Shown: positions 1 through 10,048, counted from the stretch's first letter. The stretch: 64,000 nt of DNA from an uncultured bacterium (GCA_965112635.1 OZ218778.1:224001-288000), one strand, 5' to 3'. Made by a program: numbers and translations. Notes: generated by a model from the sequence alone, not told the origin.

Positions 1-1
1 T

Positions 2-1138
2 GCCGGTGTTATTTTCCACAACACGGTGGAAAGCCTCGGGCTCGACGGACTCATTGACCCTCTTTATTTCAACTATTCAGCGGACGGGACCAACAATGGC
101 TTTCTCACGAACCCTCCCAATATCATGCGGGAGACAACTGAATTAAACTCGCTGGATGGTTATTATGACGCGACCGCGGACCGGCACTGGACCTGGCAGG
201 ACCTCAATAATCTCCGCGTTGAATATTACAACAGTGTCAGCGGCGTCGCCGACGCCTCATCCCTAGATGGGCTGGATGTTATTGTCAAATACTACCAGTC
301 TTCCGTGCCTCCGTTCGGCTACAGCGTCGTGGTGACCGCCACGGCCAACTGCCCCGGACCCACCGTGATCGACAATACGGCCGCGCTTCAGGGCTCCGGC
401 CTAGTGACCACGACTTCCAATGACGTACCGGTGACCCTGTCCTGCTACACCAATACCAGCTCGCCCACTCCTTCGATCACGCTCACCTCGACACCTACCG
501 CGACCATCACGGTCACCGCCACCAGGTCCTTTACAGCCACGACGACCAATACTCCGACGGTCACCTTTACTTCCAGCCAGTCTTTTACCTCCACTGCGAC
601 GCCCAGCCAGACCCTAACTTTCACCCAAACCGCCACCTTTACCCAGACCCTGACATCCAGCCAAACCTTCACTCCTTCCTATACCACGACCCCCTCTTAT
701 ACGGTTACCCCGAGCCAAACCTTGACCTCCAGCCAAACCTTTACCAATACCCTTACTTTCACGCCCACGGCCAGCGCGCCACTCTGGATCGTTTACCATG
801 CCCCCTATCCCTGCCCGTCCAAGGATTGGGGCGGCATAAAAATTTACGTCAGGATGACGGACTACCCGGACCATATTACTTTCCGGATTTACACGACCTC
901 CATACGGACGATCTGGACTTCCAAGATTGACATCCCGGCCAACTCTTCCCTGCTGCCGATCGAATATGACAATGGGGTAGCGTTGTATACTTACACGCTG
1001 CCTTACAATCTCAAAGATATGTTCGACCAGTATTTAGCCAACGGCATGTATTACTACACGATCGACGCTACCACCAAGTCCAATACCAACAAAAGCAGGC
1101 TGGCCCATGTGATAGGTAAATTTGCTGTCCTGAGGTGA
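2..1138 (+). CDS. Secreted Ser/Thr-rich surface protein with C-terminal FlgD/T9SS-CTD-like domain (5'-partial)
   Basis: The frame is open from the window start. It has a long TPT/SQTFT low-complexity linker and a C-terminal YPCP...FRIYTTSIR...LANGMYYY...KFAVLR Ig-like domain. Confidence 0.75.
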   Translation, partial: AGVIFHNTVESLGLDGLIDPLYFNYSADGTNNGFLTNPPNIMRETTELNSLDGYYDATADRHWTWQDLNNLRVEYYNSVSGVADASSLDGLDVIVKYYQSSVPPFGYSVVVTATANCPGPTVIDNTAALQGSGLVTTTSNDVPVTLSCYTNTSSPTPSITLTSTPTATITVTATRSFTATTTNTPTVTFTSSQSFTSTATPSQTLTFTQTATFTQTLTSSQTFTPSYTTTPSYTVTPSQTLTSSQTFTNTLTFTPTASAPLWIVYHAPYPCPSKDWGGIKIYVRMTDYPDHITFRIYTTSIRTIWTSKIDIPANSSLLPIEYDNGVALYTYTLPYNLKDMFDQYLANGMYYYTIDATTKSNTNKSRLAHVIGKFAVLR

Positions 1139-1342
1139 CCCCGTCTTATAAACCAGCCAGCTTTTACCGGCCATAAGACCATATCCCCTTAAAGACAACT
1201 ATTTATGACTATTGCCGAGAAAACCCCCGGCCTCGCCCTCAGGTGCGCATCCATGAGGATGTTAAGCCGGGGAAGTTTATTGTACCGGAGCCTTATGCGA
1301 CTATAATTATCTAAGATTGCGTGGTGGCTTTAAGGGGAATTT

Positions 1343-4300
1343 ATGAGAACCTTAGGAAATTGTCTAAAGCCCATTCTCTTTCTTTTTGTTTGTCTGGTAT
1401 GCCTTCTACTATCCCAACCGCCCCTGGCCCAGGTCTGCCCTAACTTATTTCGCCTGGCGGGAAAGAGCTCTGAGGTTCCAGGCGGCAATATCAACGGACA
1501 ACCGGTCAATCCGGAAGTAGGGCCCTCGGGCGTGGTCGAAATAGATCCCTTTGGAGGGGTGAGCGGTTCTGTAAATTTTAATCCCTATGAGCCCCTGGCC
1601 GGCCCTACGGACGGAGTATGGTTCGGCCCTGGCGGCCAAACCAATCAATCGGGATGGTGGAGCTGGCAAGGCGCCAATGTAGGGAATATTTTCGATGCCT
1701 GCGGGGGCGATATCACCTTTTACCTTAAATCATCCGAAAGCTGGGCCGCAAGGCATGCGGGCAATCCCACTCAAGAATATATTTTTGACGTGACTGATAA
1801 CGGAAGCAACTCGCTGTTCAATTTTCAGATCGTTGGAACGCTAAATTATTTTTCCTATGCCTTGGGAGGCCCCACTCAAACATATTTTATTCCAGCAGGA
1901 ACAGCGGAGACCTTGTTTGGCAACGGTGTCATCATGAAAGTAGAGATGAGGTGGGACAGCTTTAATAATTATTTGTATCTTAATGACACCTTGGTGCAGA
2001 TCGCTCCCTATAATGCGCCTCCAGCCCCGGCCTGGGGTGCGAGTTCTTTATTTAACATAGGAGCAACAGCAGCCGGGTTCCCCGGATACTGGAGCTGTGT
2101 GGACAGCATAGCTGATTTTCAGGTCAGCCCCTGGAATTTCAACTGCAGCTGCATCCCCACCCCTACCCCGCCGGCCCTGGAAGCAGTCCCCTGTGCTTCC
2201 CCGGGCACCAATCCGGCCACCTTGACCGGGGTCATTAACACCTATTATCCGGGCGTCAATGGGACCGTAACCACCGGCGCCTTGGCTATCCCGGTGGGTG
2301 CGCGTGTAGGAGCCGCTCCTATCGCGGCCGGAGACCTGCTCTTGGTCATCCAGATGCAGGGAGCGGTCATCAACTCCACCAATACGACCAATTACGGGGA
2401 TGGCCAGGGTAATAGCTCGGGTTACACCAACCTGCAGAATGCGGGGGTTTTTGAGTATGTCATAGCCGCGGGGCCGGTGGCCGGAGGCAACGTGCCTCTC
2501 GCTGAACCCTTAATAAATACTTACACCGAGGCGGCCGCCACAGCCGCCCAGGGGCAGGAGACCTATCAGGTGGTGCGGGTGCCCCAGTATTTTAACGCCA
2601 CTTTGACCAGCGGGCTGACCGCTGCTCCCTGGAACGGTTCCTGCGGAGGCATCCTGGCCTTTAATGACGCTGGAACAACGAACCTCAATAATGCCACGGT
2701 AAGCGTTAACGGGCTGGGTTTCCGCGGAGGAGGCAGCAGAAACATGATGGACGGGGTAGGCCTGGAAACAGACGTTGAGGATAATACTCCCAGCGACTGG
2801 GGCGCGCAAAAAGGCGAAGGCATCGCAGGCACCCCCTGGTATGTGTATGACGGCGCAGGAGAGGTCAATACAGGCATAGAAGGATATCCCAATGGCAGTG
2901 CCTCCATGGGTGCTCCGGGTAATGCCGGCGGAGGCGCCACGGACTGTATTTTTGGCGTGGGTAACTACGCCAGTAACGCGGGAGGGGGCGGAGGAGGCAA
3001 TGGCGGCACCGGCGGACATGGCGGCAACGGCCTGAGCAATGCCGACCAAGCAGACGCACCCGTGGGAGGTTTTGGAGGAGCAGGGCTCCCGGCCAATTCC
3101 AACCGCATTTTTTTAGGTGGGGGTGGAGGGGCCGGGTCCATGAATAACAGCCCGCTTCCTGACAGCAGCGGCGGAAGAGGCGGCGGGATGGTCTTTATTA
3201 AGTCCTGCAAAATCTCCGGCACTGGCACCATCACCGCCAATGGCGGAGCTGGAGTAGATAGCGGAACTCAATATCCCAATGATGGAGCAGGAGGTGGTGG
3301 TGCTGGAGGGAGCGTTTTGGCCCTGTCCGGAGCTGGTTTAGGCGGATTGACTGTTCATGCTGACGGCGGCATGGGAGGAACTTGTATCGGGGCAGGCCAG
3401 ACTTGGGAATTAGGTCCTGGAGGAGGCGGGGGAGGGGGCGTGGTGCTTCTTTCCAACGCCCCGGCAGCTGCCTCGGCCAACGGCGGGATGAACGGGCTAA
3501 CTTTTGGCAATGTTCCCTGGGGTTCTACACCGGGAACTGCTGGCAGTCTTTCTACTAATATTCCCTATCCTGACCAGAGCTGCATCTGCGGAGTTTCTCC
3601 GACCTTCACTTTTACAGCGACCTCTACGGCTACCTTTACCAACAGCCCCACACCCACTAGCACCTGCACAGCCACCGCTACTCCCACAGTTTCGCCCACA
3701 GCCACAGAAACCAGCACCTCCACGGCAACACCCACTTTCTCTGATACCGACACACCTTCTAATACGAGCACTATAACTTACACGGCTACTGCAACAGCCA
3801 CGGACACCTGGATGGCCAGCCCGACCTTTTCCGATACCACCACCGCCACAGAGACCTCGTCCCAAACCTACACTCCCACCATATCCAATACCGCCAGTTC
3901 CACAGCAACCATTACTCTGACTACCACCAACACCGTGACCTCTTCTGTGACTTTGACCTCTTCACCGACACTTACCCCTTCCCTGTCCTGGACGCCCTCC
4001 TTGACTCACACCCAGACTAATACTCCTACTGTGACCGCCACCAACACCCCTGTCATGACCAACCTAGAAATGAAGGTCTACAACGAGGCCGGCGAAGTGG
4101 TCAAAACCTTTAGTAATGTCCTTGTCTTGGGTGGGTTTAGCGGCATCCAGCTCGCTCCGGGCAACGGTTCCCTTACCTTTGACCCCAGCACCGGCCTCTT
4201 TGATATCCAAGTCAAGAGCAGCGGCATCGTCTATCACGTTCCCTGGGACGGCAAGAGCGACCTGGGTTACACCGTGGACAGCGGTCAATACATACTTAAG

Positions 4301-5008
4301 GCGGATATCCCGGGTAAGACAGACTCAACTATAACGATGAGCATCACGGTCTTAAAACAGGGAGACCTTTTGACTGTCAGTGTTTACACCCCTAGCGGAG
4401 AACTGGTCAAACAGTTATACCTGAGCTACCTGGTCCAGGGTCAACTGGGAGGCATGAAGTTGACCAGTAATTTACTGCAGATAAGCAATCAACCCACAGG
4501 GACAACCACGATCGGGATAAACATCTTTTCCTCCACAGGTCAGTTAATGGCAGATGGGCTAGGCTCCTTGAACCAAGCCCGCCTGACCTGGGACGGCACC
4601 ACGGCCTTGGGCAATTATGTGCAAAGCGGAGAGTATTTGATCAAAATAGATCAGACCTACAACCACCAGCACGATGTGCTGGTGCAAAGCGTGACCGTGT
4701 TAAGCTCCAATTTAAGCGGGTTTATGGACGCTTCGGTCTACCCCAACCCGTACCTCTCCACCCCAGACCACAAGGTATGGTTTAAGGTCGCTTTGCAGGA
4801 CCAATCCAACCTGACCGTGAGAATTTATGATGTGGTGGGAGAGCTGGTGAACACCCTCAGCTTGCCCGCAGCCGGGCCTGGCATTGCCACCCTGGGTTGG
4901 GATGTCAATAATGCTGCGGCCGGTCTTTATGTGGGAATTGTAGAAGCCGCTTCACAGGTCAGCGGTCAAACACAGAAAAAACCACTCAAAGTTTCTATTA
5001 TTAAATAA
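1343..5008 (+). CDS. Large secreted multidomain protein: signal peptide, LamG-like domain, Gly-rich domain, Ser/Thr linker, tandem FlgD-Ig-like repeats, T9SS-CTD-like terminus
   Basis: 1221-aa ORF with RBS AAGGGG and a hydrophobic N-terminus. It contains GGGGGG-rich repeats, a Thr-rich stretch, repeated VYxxxGExVK/WDG motifs and a terminal VYPNP...KVSIIK. Confidence 0.85.
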   Translation: MRTLGNCLKPILFLFVCLVCLLLSQPPLAQVCPNLFRLAGKSSEVPGGNINGQPVNPEVGPSGVVEIDPFGGVSGSVNFNPYEPLAGPTDGVWFGPGGQTNQSGWWSWQGANVGNIFDACGGDITFYLKSSESWAARHAGNPTQEYIFDVTDNGSNSLFNFQIVGTLNYFSYALGGPTQTYFIPAGTAETLFGNGVIMKVEMRWDSFNNYLYLNDTLVQIAPYNAPPAPAWGASSLFNIGATAAGFPGYWSCVDSIADFQVSPWNFNCSCIPTPTPPALEAVPCASPGTNPATLTGVINTYYPGVNGTVTTGALAIPVGARVGAAPIAAGDLLLVIQMQGAVINSTNTTNYGDGQGNSSGYTNLQNAGVFEYVIAAGPVAGGNVPLAEPLINTYTEAAATAAQGQETYQVVRVPQYFNATLTSGLTAAPWNGSCGGILAFNDAGTTNLNNATVSVNGLGFRGGGSRNMMDGVGLETDVEDNTPSDWGAQKGEGIAGTPWYVYDGAGEVNTGIEGYPNGSASMGAPGNAGGGATDCIFGVGNYASNAGGGGGGNGGTGGHGGNGLSNADQADAPVGGFGGAGLPANSNRIFLGGGGGAGSMNNSPLPDSSGGRGGGMVFIKSCKISGTGTITANGGAGVDSGTQYPNDGAGGGGAGGSVLALSGAGLGGLTVHADGGMGGTCIGAGQTWELGPGGGGGGGVVLLSNAPAAASANGGMNGLTFGNVPWGSTPGTAGSLSTNIPYPDQSCICGVSPTFTFTATSTATFTNSPTPTSTCTATATPTVSPTATETSTSTATPTFSDTDTPSNTSTITYTATATATDTWMASPTFSDTTTATETSSQTYTPTISNTASSTATITLTTTNTVTSSVTLTSSPTLTPSLSWTPSLTHTQTNTPTVTATNTPVMTNLEMKVYNEAGEVVKTFSNVLVLGGFSGIQLAPGNGSLTFDPSTGLFDIQVKSSGIVYHVPWDGKSDLGYTVDSGQYILKADIPGKTDSTITMSITVLKQGDLLTVSVYTPSGELVKQLYLSYLVQGQLGGMKLTSNLLQISNQPTGTTTIGINIFSSTGQLMADGLGSLNQARLTWDGTTALGNYVQSGEYLIKIDQTYNHQHDVLVQSVTVLSSNLSGFMDASVYPNPYLSTPDHKVWFKVALQDQSNLTVRIYDVVGELVNTLSLPAAGPGIATLGWDVNNAAAGLYVGIVEAASQVSGQTQKKPLKVSIIK

Positions 5009-5060
5009 AAAGGATCATCGTCGGGCTTTCCTAAAAAAGAGAACCGCTACACCTCTTTTC

Positions 5061-6101
5061 TCATTCCTTACGGGTCCCGTTTAAATACCTTTCAAAAAAA
5101 TCAAAGGCTTTGGCCCCGGAAAACCCATGGATCCCCGGTGAAATATCGAACCATAGGTCCTTCTGGCTACCCGCGGCGCGGTAGCCTCTTTTGACGATCT
5201 CATGGGCTTTGCGGGCGGAATCCAGGAAAAAGCAAGCGTCGTTGATGCGGCTCTCTACGAGCAAAGGTTTGGGCGCGATGGCAGCCATGACGTCACCGAT
5301 GTCAGCGTAGCGGTACAAGAAAGGAACGAGCTGGGAGCCGCAGACTTGGAATTGGTTGATGGCGTAATGCTCGGTCGTGGTGGCGTAGCAGACAATATCC
5401 CCTGCCTTTATCCGGGGGTCCAGCAGGGTGAGGTAGGTGGTCATGGTCCCGCCGAACGAAAGCCCCATGCAGCCGATCCTGTCCCTGTCCACCTCTTTCC
5501 TGGTCAGCAGGAAATCAATGGCCCGCATGGCGTCGAACAGATCGGACCCCAAAAGCGTTCTCCCCAGAAGAAGATGGCGCAGAAAATGTTGTCCGCACAT
5601 GTCCTGGCCGCTGTATCCTATCCTTTCCCCGAAAGAGCGCCAGTCCGGCACAATGGTGATAAACCCATGTTCCGCCATCTGCTCGCCGTAATTTGAATTG
5701 TAATCGTGGATATCAGCCGCCCTCTCCGGCTGGCCCAAAGTGGCTCCGGCGACGCTGTCCTTGCCGAATGGGCCGTGGCCATGGCAGCAAAGCACGGCGG
5801 CCGTCTTGCCGGTAAGCCCCCGTGGGACCAAAAGATAAAGGGGCATAAAGCAGTCTTTTTCCGTCTGGATAATCCATTTTTCCCTGATAAACTTTGCGGT
5901 TTCTTCCCTGCCCTGCAGGTCTGGTTTTAAGGGGGCAGGCTTGGGCAAAGGACCTAAAAGTTCCCTGACCTTGGCTTTTAACGCCTTTTGCCAGCCAAGG
6001 AATTCTCTTTTGTTTTTCGCCCGGCAGGCTAAAGACGGCCTGATGCTTTTATATAGCTTTTTGATAAAAGTATCGGTATAAAACCCCAGGTCTTCGAACA
6101 T
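5061..6101 (-). CDS. Alpha/beta hydrolase (dienelactone hydrolase/acetyl esterase-like)
   Basis: Motifs CHGHG, PDWRSFGER and nucleophile elbow GLSFGG, plus C-terminal His (GIHGF). GAGG RBS precedes the start. Confidence 0.85.
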   Translation of the reverse strand: MFEDLGFYTDTFIKKLYKSIRPSLACRAKNKREFLGWQKALKAKVRELLGPLPKPAPLKPDLQGREETAKFIREKWIIQTEKDCFMPLYLLVPRGLTGKTAAVLCCHGHGPFGKDSVAGATLGQPERAADIHDYNSNYGEQMAEHGFITIVPDWRSFGERIGYSGQDMCGQHFLRHLLLGRTLLGSDLFDAMRAIDFLLTRKEVDRDRIGCMGLSFGGTMTTYLTLLDPRIKAGDIVCYATTTEHYAINQFQVCGSQLVPFLYRYADIGDVMAAIAPKPLLVESRINDACFFLDSARKAHEIVKRGYRAAGSQKDLWFDISPGIHGFSGAKAFDFFERYLNGTRKE

Positions 6102-6155
6102 TTGATCCTCCTCTGCCCCATTAGAGTGTCGGGGACTCTTATCTTCCTCGTCTTA

Positions 6156-7532
6156 TCAAAAAAATCCTTTGTGCACCCATTTCCTGTGCACGGCCAGAAG
6201 GCGTCCTACCATTTCTTTGATCTTTGCCTTTTTCATATTCTGCAGCAGGGGGTCGCACTCCAGCGTGGAGATAAGAAGTTTGCGGTCTCCGGTCACGGCA
6301 GACTCAACAATGCCCTCGATGTTGTGCGCGTGGAGCAGGAGGTGTTTGTAGGGCTTTTCCGGCAGAGGCTTGACCGGGTCCGGATGGGCGCCGGCTCCGT
6401 CATAGGTGGTCATCCTTTCCAGGACAGCTCCGTTCACCATGCCCGGCAGGCTGGTGCCGTAGTAGGGAAGGTTGCCGATGTCATAGAATTTCTCGTTCAG
6501 CACAATAGCCCGGATGATCCTGGACGAGGCCTCCTGCGAGACTGAATATTTGATCTTGGCCTCGCCCCTGATGAGCTGGTACACCCACTCCCTCAGCTGG
6601 CCCCGGTGTTCCAGATACCTGTCCTGGATAGAGGTCAGGAGCACGCCGTAATCCGCGCCTTTATTGGTGCCCCAATTGACGAACTCCTTGAAAAATTCCG
6701 AGGTGTGCCTGTCTCCGCTGTAGGGGAACACGCCGTAGCGCAGGAACAGGTCTATCTTGACGTTCTGTCGCCGCAGTTCCGGATGGGCCGAGTCATACAG
6801 CCGTTTGACCTCTTTGGTGATGCCGTTCTTTTTGAGGAAGGCCCGCAGCATGGCGAACCCGTCCTTGCCGTCGATCTTGAGGGACTGCATCCAGCCGCAA
6901 TGGTTGATGCCCAAGGCTTCTATTTCTAAATGCCTTTTCCAGGTGCTGTTGGAAAAACCCAGCCACTGGGATAGGGTCCCAATGCCCCCGTAGATCTCAT
7001 GGCACAAGCCGATCACCTTGACCGGCGTTTCCTTGGTCACGGCCCGGCATAACATGGACATCGGGTTGGTCAGGTTGATCATCCAAGCACCCGGTTTGGC
7101 CACTTCCTGCATGTCTTTGGCCATCGACAGCAGGGCCGGGATGTTGCGGCAGGCCCGGATGGCGCCCCCGACACTAATGGAATCCCCGACCGGCTGGAAA
7201 ATCCCGTATTCATAAGGTATTTCCAGGTCAAATTTCATGGCGTCCAGCTGTCCCTGGGCAATGCTGGGGATGACAAAATCTGCGTCGCTGATGGCTCGGC
7301 GCTGGTCAAGGGTTTTCCAGACCTTGATCTTGCTCTTCATTCTCTTGAGTATCTTCCTGGCCAAAACCTCCTGGACCGCCAGGTTGACAGGGTCCACATC
7401 CTCCAAAACGTACTCGATGTCATAGTCAGCGAACTTCTCGTGGGATAAGGTGACGATGATGTCCCTGTTCAGGGTCCATCCCCACATGGGGCTCGCGGCC
7501 CCGACCAGTGTGACTTTTAATTTCTTGGCCAT
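6156..7532 (-). CDS. Family 4 glycoside hydrolase (NAD+/Mn-dependent, alpha-galactosidase/MelA-like)
   Basis: N-terminal Rossmann VTLVGAAS, DLEIPYEYGIFQPVGD, NLTNP, GLCHE and GINH motifs. RBS GGAGG. Confidence 0.85.
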   Translation of the reverse strand: MAKKLKVTLVGAASPMWGWTLNRDIIVTLSHEKFADYDIEYVLEDVDPVNLAVQEVLARKILKRMKSKIKVWKTLDQRRAISDADFVIPSIAQGQLDAMKFDLEIPYEYGIFQPVGDSISVGGAIRACRNIPALLSMAKDMQEVAKPGAWMINLTNPMSMLCRAVTKETPVKVIGLCHEIYGGIGTLSQWLGFSNSTWKRHLEIEALGINHCGWMQSLKIDGKDGFAMLRAFLKKNGITKEVKRLYDSAHPELRRQNVKIDLFLRYGVFPYSGDRHTSEFFKEFVNWGTNKGADYGVLLTSIQDRYLEHRGQLREWVYQLIRGEAKIKYSVSQEASSRIIRAIVLNEKFYDIGNLPYYGTSLPGMVNGAVLERMTTYDGAGAHPDPVKPLPEKPYKHLLLHAHNIEGIVESAVTGDRKLLISTLECDPLLQNMKKAKIKEMVGRLLAVHRKWVHKGFF

Positions 7533-7560
7533 TCGTTCCTCCTAAAATGGATTATGATTA

Positions 7561-8043
7561 CTATCGCTTAGCCAATAGTTCCGGTGTGACCATCCAGCGG
7601 ATGTACCAGCGCTTGGCGGACTCCTCGTCCATCCTTTCCAGGCAGATCACCCCTGCTGGAGGAATATCAAAAATATCATGTCCCAGGTCGTCGAATAATA
7701 ACTTTGAAGCCAGCCTGGCCAGATGGGGCAAATGGCCCACCAGCATCAGGTTGTGGTCCGCTGTTTTCATTTCTTCGGCCATATCCCGCACCTCAGCCAT
7801 GGGTGCCAGGGCCTCGGACTCTCTGAGCTCCACGGGCTGCCCCACAAACTCCGCCAGGATATGGGCCGTTTTCCTGGCTCTCTCCTTGGTGCTGTGCCTG
7901 ATCTCAGCCGTCTGGAATCCCTTCAGCCCGCCCAGGAACTGCCCGATCTGCTTGGCCATGAACTCTCCCTCGCTGTTCAAAGGCTGGCGAGGGTCTTCAT
8001 CGCTGCTTTTGGCCAGACCGTGTCGGACTAAGTATAGTTTCAA
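7561..8043 (-). CDS. sixA: Phosphohistidine phosphatase SixA
   Basis: LYLVRHG, HS..RA..TA and LVGHLPHL motifs; 160 aa. Confidence 0.9.
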   Translation of the reverse strand: MKLYLVRHGLAKSSDEDPRQPLNSEGEFMAKQIGQFLGGLKGFQTAEIRHSTKERARKTAHILAEFVGQPVELRESEALAPMAEVRDMAEEMKTADHNLMLVGHLPHLARLASKLLFDDLGHDIFDIPPAGVICLERMDEESAKRWYIRWMVTPELLAKR

Positions 8044-8073
8044 ATTTTTCTCCCTGGGTTCAAGCCCAAACGC

Positions 8074-8826
8074 TCAATGGTTGATCCTGTTGAACGCTTC
8101 TTGGAATCCCGCGCTGTGGGCCGCCTGCCTCAGTCCGCTCGCGAAGCCGACCGGTATCTCGTACTCGTCCTTTTCCATGGCTTTCAAGACCGCCGAGGCG
8201 ACCTCCACCGGCTGGATACCGCGGTCTCTTTGGCCGCGTTGTTCCCTGGCGCCTCCGTCCAGCTCCGTGTCCACGATGGGCGGGATGACCTCGAACACTT
8301 TGATGGAAGTATCGCTCAGTTGGTGGCGCATGGACAGGGTAAAGGAATGCAGGGCGGCCTTGGTGGCGCTATAGACCGGGGCAATGGCCATGGGCACAAA
8401 ACCCAGGCCTGAGGATACATTGACGATGGCCGCCTCCTTTTTCTTCATCAGGAACGGGATAAAATGCCCGGCCAGATGGATGGGCGCCCTCAAGTTGGTC
8501 TCGATCTCGTCCTCGATGGGCAGGATACCCTCGATCCCCTTTTTCAGGAACATCATCCGCTGGATGCCGGCATTATTGATCAGTATATTTAAGTTTTTAA
8601 AACTTTTGTCCACTTCGTCATAGAGTCGGTTCCTCTCGTTCGCCTTGGAAACATCGCAGACCTTGTAATGCAGGCCAGTCACCTTTTCCTTGGCTTGCTT
8701 CAGCCGTTCTTCCCTGCGTCCGCAAATGATGACCTCGTTGCCCGCCTCGGCAAAAGCCTGGGCCAGGCTAAACCCTATCCCCGTGCCCCCGCCCGTAATA
8801 AGAATTGAATTCCCAGAAACCTTCAT
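8074..8826 (-). CDS. Short-chain dehydrogenase/reductase (DltE-like)
   Basis: TGGGTGIG, NNAG and YSATK motifs. Confidence 0.9.
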   Translation of the reverse strand: MKVSGNSILITGGGTGIGFSLAQAFAEAGNEVIICGRREERLKQAKEKVTGLHYKVCDVSKANERNRLYDEVDKSFKNLNILINNAGIQRMMFLKKGIEGILPIEDEIETNLRAPIHLAGHFIPFLMKKKEAAIVNVSSGLGFVPMAIAPVYSATKAALHSFTLSMRHQLSDTSIKVFEVIPPIVDTELDGGAREQRGQRDRGIQPVEVASAVLKAMEKDEYEIPVGFASGLRQAAHSAGFQEAFNRINH

Positions 8827-8992
8827 TCAAACCCCCTGTTATTATCACAAAGTTTCAAATCCATTTTACAATCCTATTTAATTTTTCTGTCTTTATCCAT
8901 ATTTTTTAATAAATAGAATAAAGGAAAATCTATAGCGAGAAATAAAATCAAAAACAACATTCCGGATTGAATACCTACTAAACCTGGAAAAA

Positions 8993-9017
8993 ACAATATT
9001 ATATTCCATAATATTGT
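8993..9017. promoter_or_regulatory. Perfect 10-bp inverted repeat ACAATATTAT-N5-ATAATATTGT in AT-rich region upstream of the SDR gene; candidate operator
   Basis: Read directly from the sequence. The cognate regulator is unknown. Confidence 0.4.
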
Positions 9018-9073
9018 GAAAAGTATTAATAATGCCTTTTTCATTTAATTCCCTTGTCACAATATTCTGGTAA

Positions 9074-9970
9074 TTACCGCTTTACAAACAGAGGATTGCT
9101 CCAGGCACGCCGGCCCTTGGCGTCCTTGATCTCCACCCGCATATAGACCCTGGGCCGGTCATGGTTCGCCTGATAATCGATGTCCCAGGCCGTCTTTGGT
9201 TTGCCTTTGGAATAATAGCATTTGCCCCTTGACCAGTCATCCAGGAGGACCCTGATCTCCTGGACCGGCGAGCATTTGACCCGGAGTTTTCCTCCGCCGA
9301 CTTTGAGGTCATGGAGCGACGGCCCTTGGGATATATAAAAGGAACCCCGGCTCAATGAGCTTAAAATAGCCTCCTGGGTCAGGGCCTTGGCCTTGATGAC
9401 CACAAAACCGCCTCCAAAATCAGCGAATCCGTTCCTAAAATGGTCGTCATCATTGGCAAACCCCCATATTTTCAAACCCTTTTTGAGGAGCATGTCCCAG
9501 CGCTCCACGGAATAGCCGCTGGCATTTTCCACTTCGCACACATGGTTGTAAATTTCCATGGCATCCGCAAAAGAGGCGAACTTTTTCAATTCGCAGGTGC
9601 ATAAATTGGACCAGTGGGGATGGTTGATGACCGCAAAGCCTTTATCCCTGCGTATCCTGGCGATGGACTGCCTATAGGACTCCTGGGGAAGTTCCCCCTT
9701 TGTTTTACACCCGATATGCAGGAGGTGCGGCTCGGCTATTTCCGCGGTGGGGATGAACAAAACTCCGGGGAATTTGGACTGGGGAACCTGGGTCACAAAG
9801 TAATGGTCCGAGACTCCGATGACCTTGAACCCCTTTTTTACATACGCCGCCACGGTCTTTTCCGGGCTGAAACTTCCATCCGAATTGGTGGTATGAATAT
9901 GGAACTCACCCTTATACCATCGGCCGGGGACTTGATAAGGATTTTGCAGTTTTGCGATCGGCTCTTTCAT
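9074..9970 (-). CDS. PHP-domain metallohydrolase (CehA/McbA-like)
   Basis: HIHTTNSDG, SDH, NHPHW and NDDDH motifs; C-terminal AWSNP. Confidence 0.85.
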   Translation of the reverse strand: MKEPIAKLQNPYQVPGRWYKGEFHIHTTNSDGSFSPEKTVAAYVKKGFKVIGVSDHYFVTQVPQSKFPGVLFIPTAEIAEPHLLHIGCKTKGELPQESYRQSIARIRRDKGFAVINHPHWSNLCTCELKKFASFADAMEIYNHVCEVENASGYSVERWDMLLKKGLKIWGFANDDDHFRNGFADFGGGFVVIKAKALTQEAILSSLSRGSFYISQGPSLHDLKVGGGKLRVKCSPVQEIRVLLDDWSRGKCYYSKGKPKTAWDIDYQANHDRPRVYMRVEIKDAKGRRAWSNPLFVKR

Positions 9971-10021
9971 AAAACCTCGACAATTTCTTTTGTTTTACGC
10001 ACGCTTGTAAAAACTGCGCTG

Positions 10022-10048
10022 GTGGAATAGCCTGAACGGCTATTCCAC
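10022..10048. terminator. 11-bp stem hairpin downstream of nifJ (terminator or mRNA-stabilising structure)
   Basis: GTGGAATAGCC-TGAAC-GGCTATTCCAC. A second inverted repeat follows at 10048-10084. There is no immediate U-tract. Confidence 0.5.

Noticed and set aside
445-4060. Repetitive Thr/Ser and Gly codon stretches as a CRISPR array or DNA tandem repeat
   Set aside because: They are degenerate coding low-complexity regions with no identical repeat-spacer periodicity.
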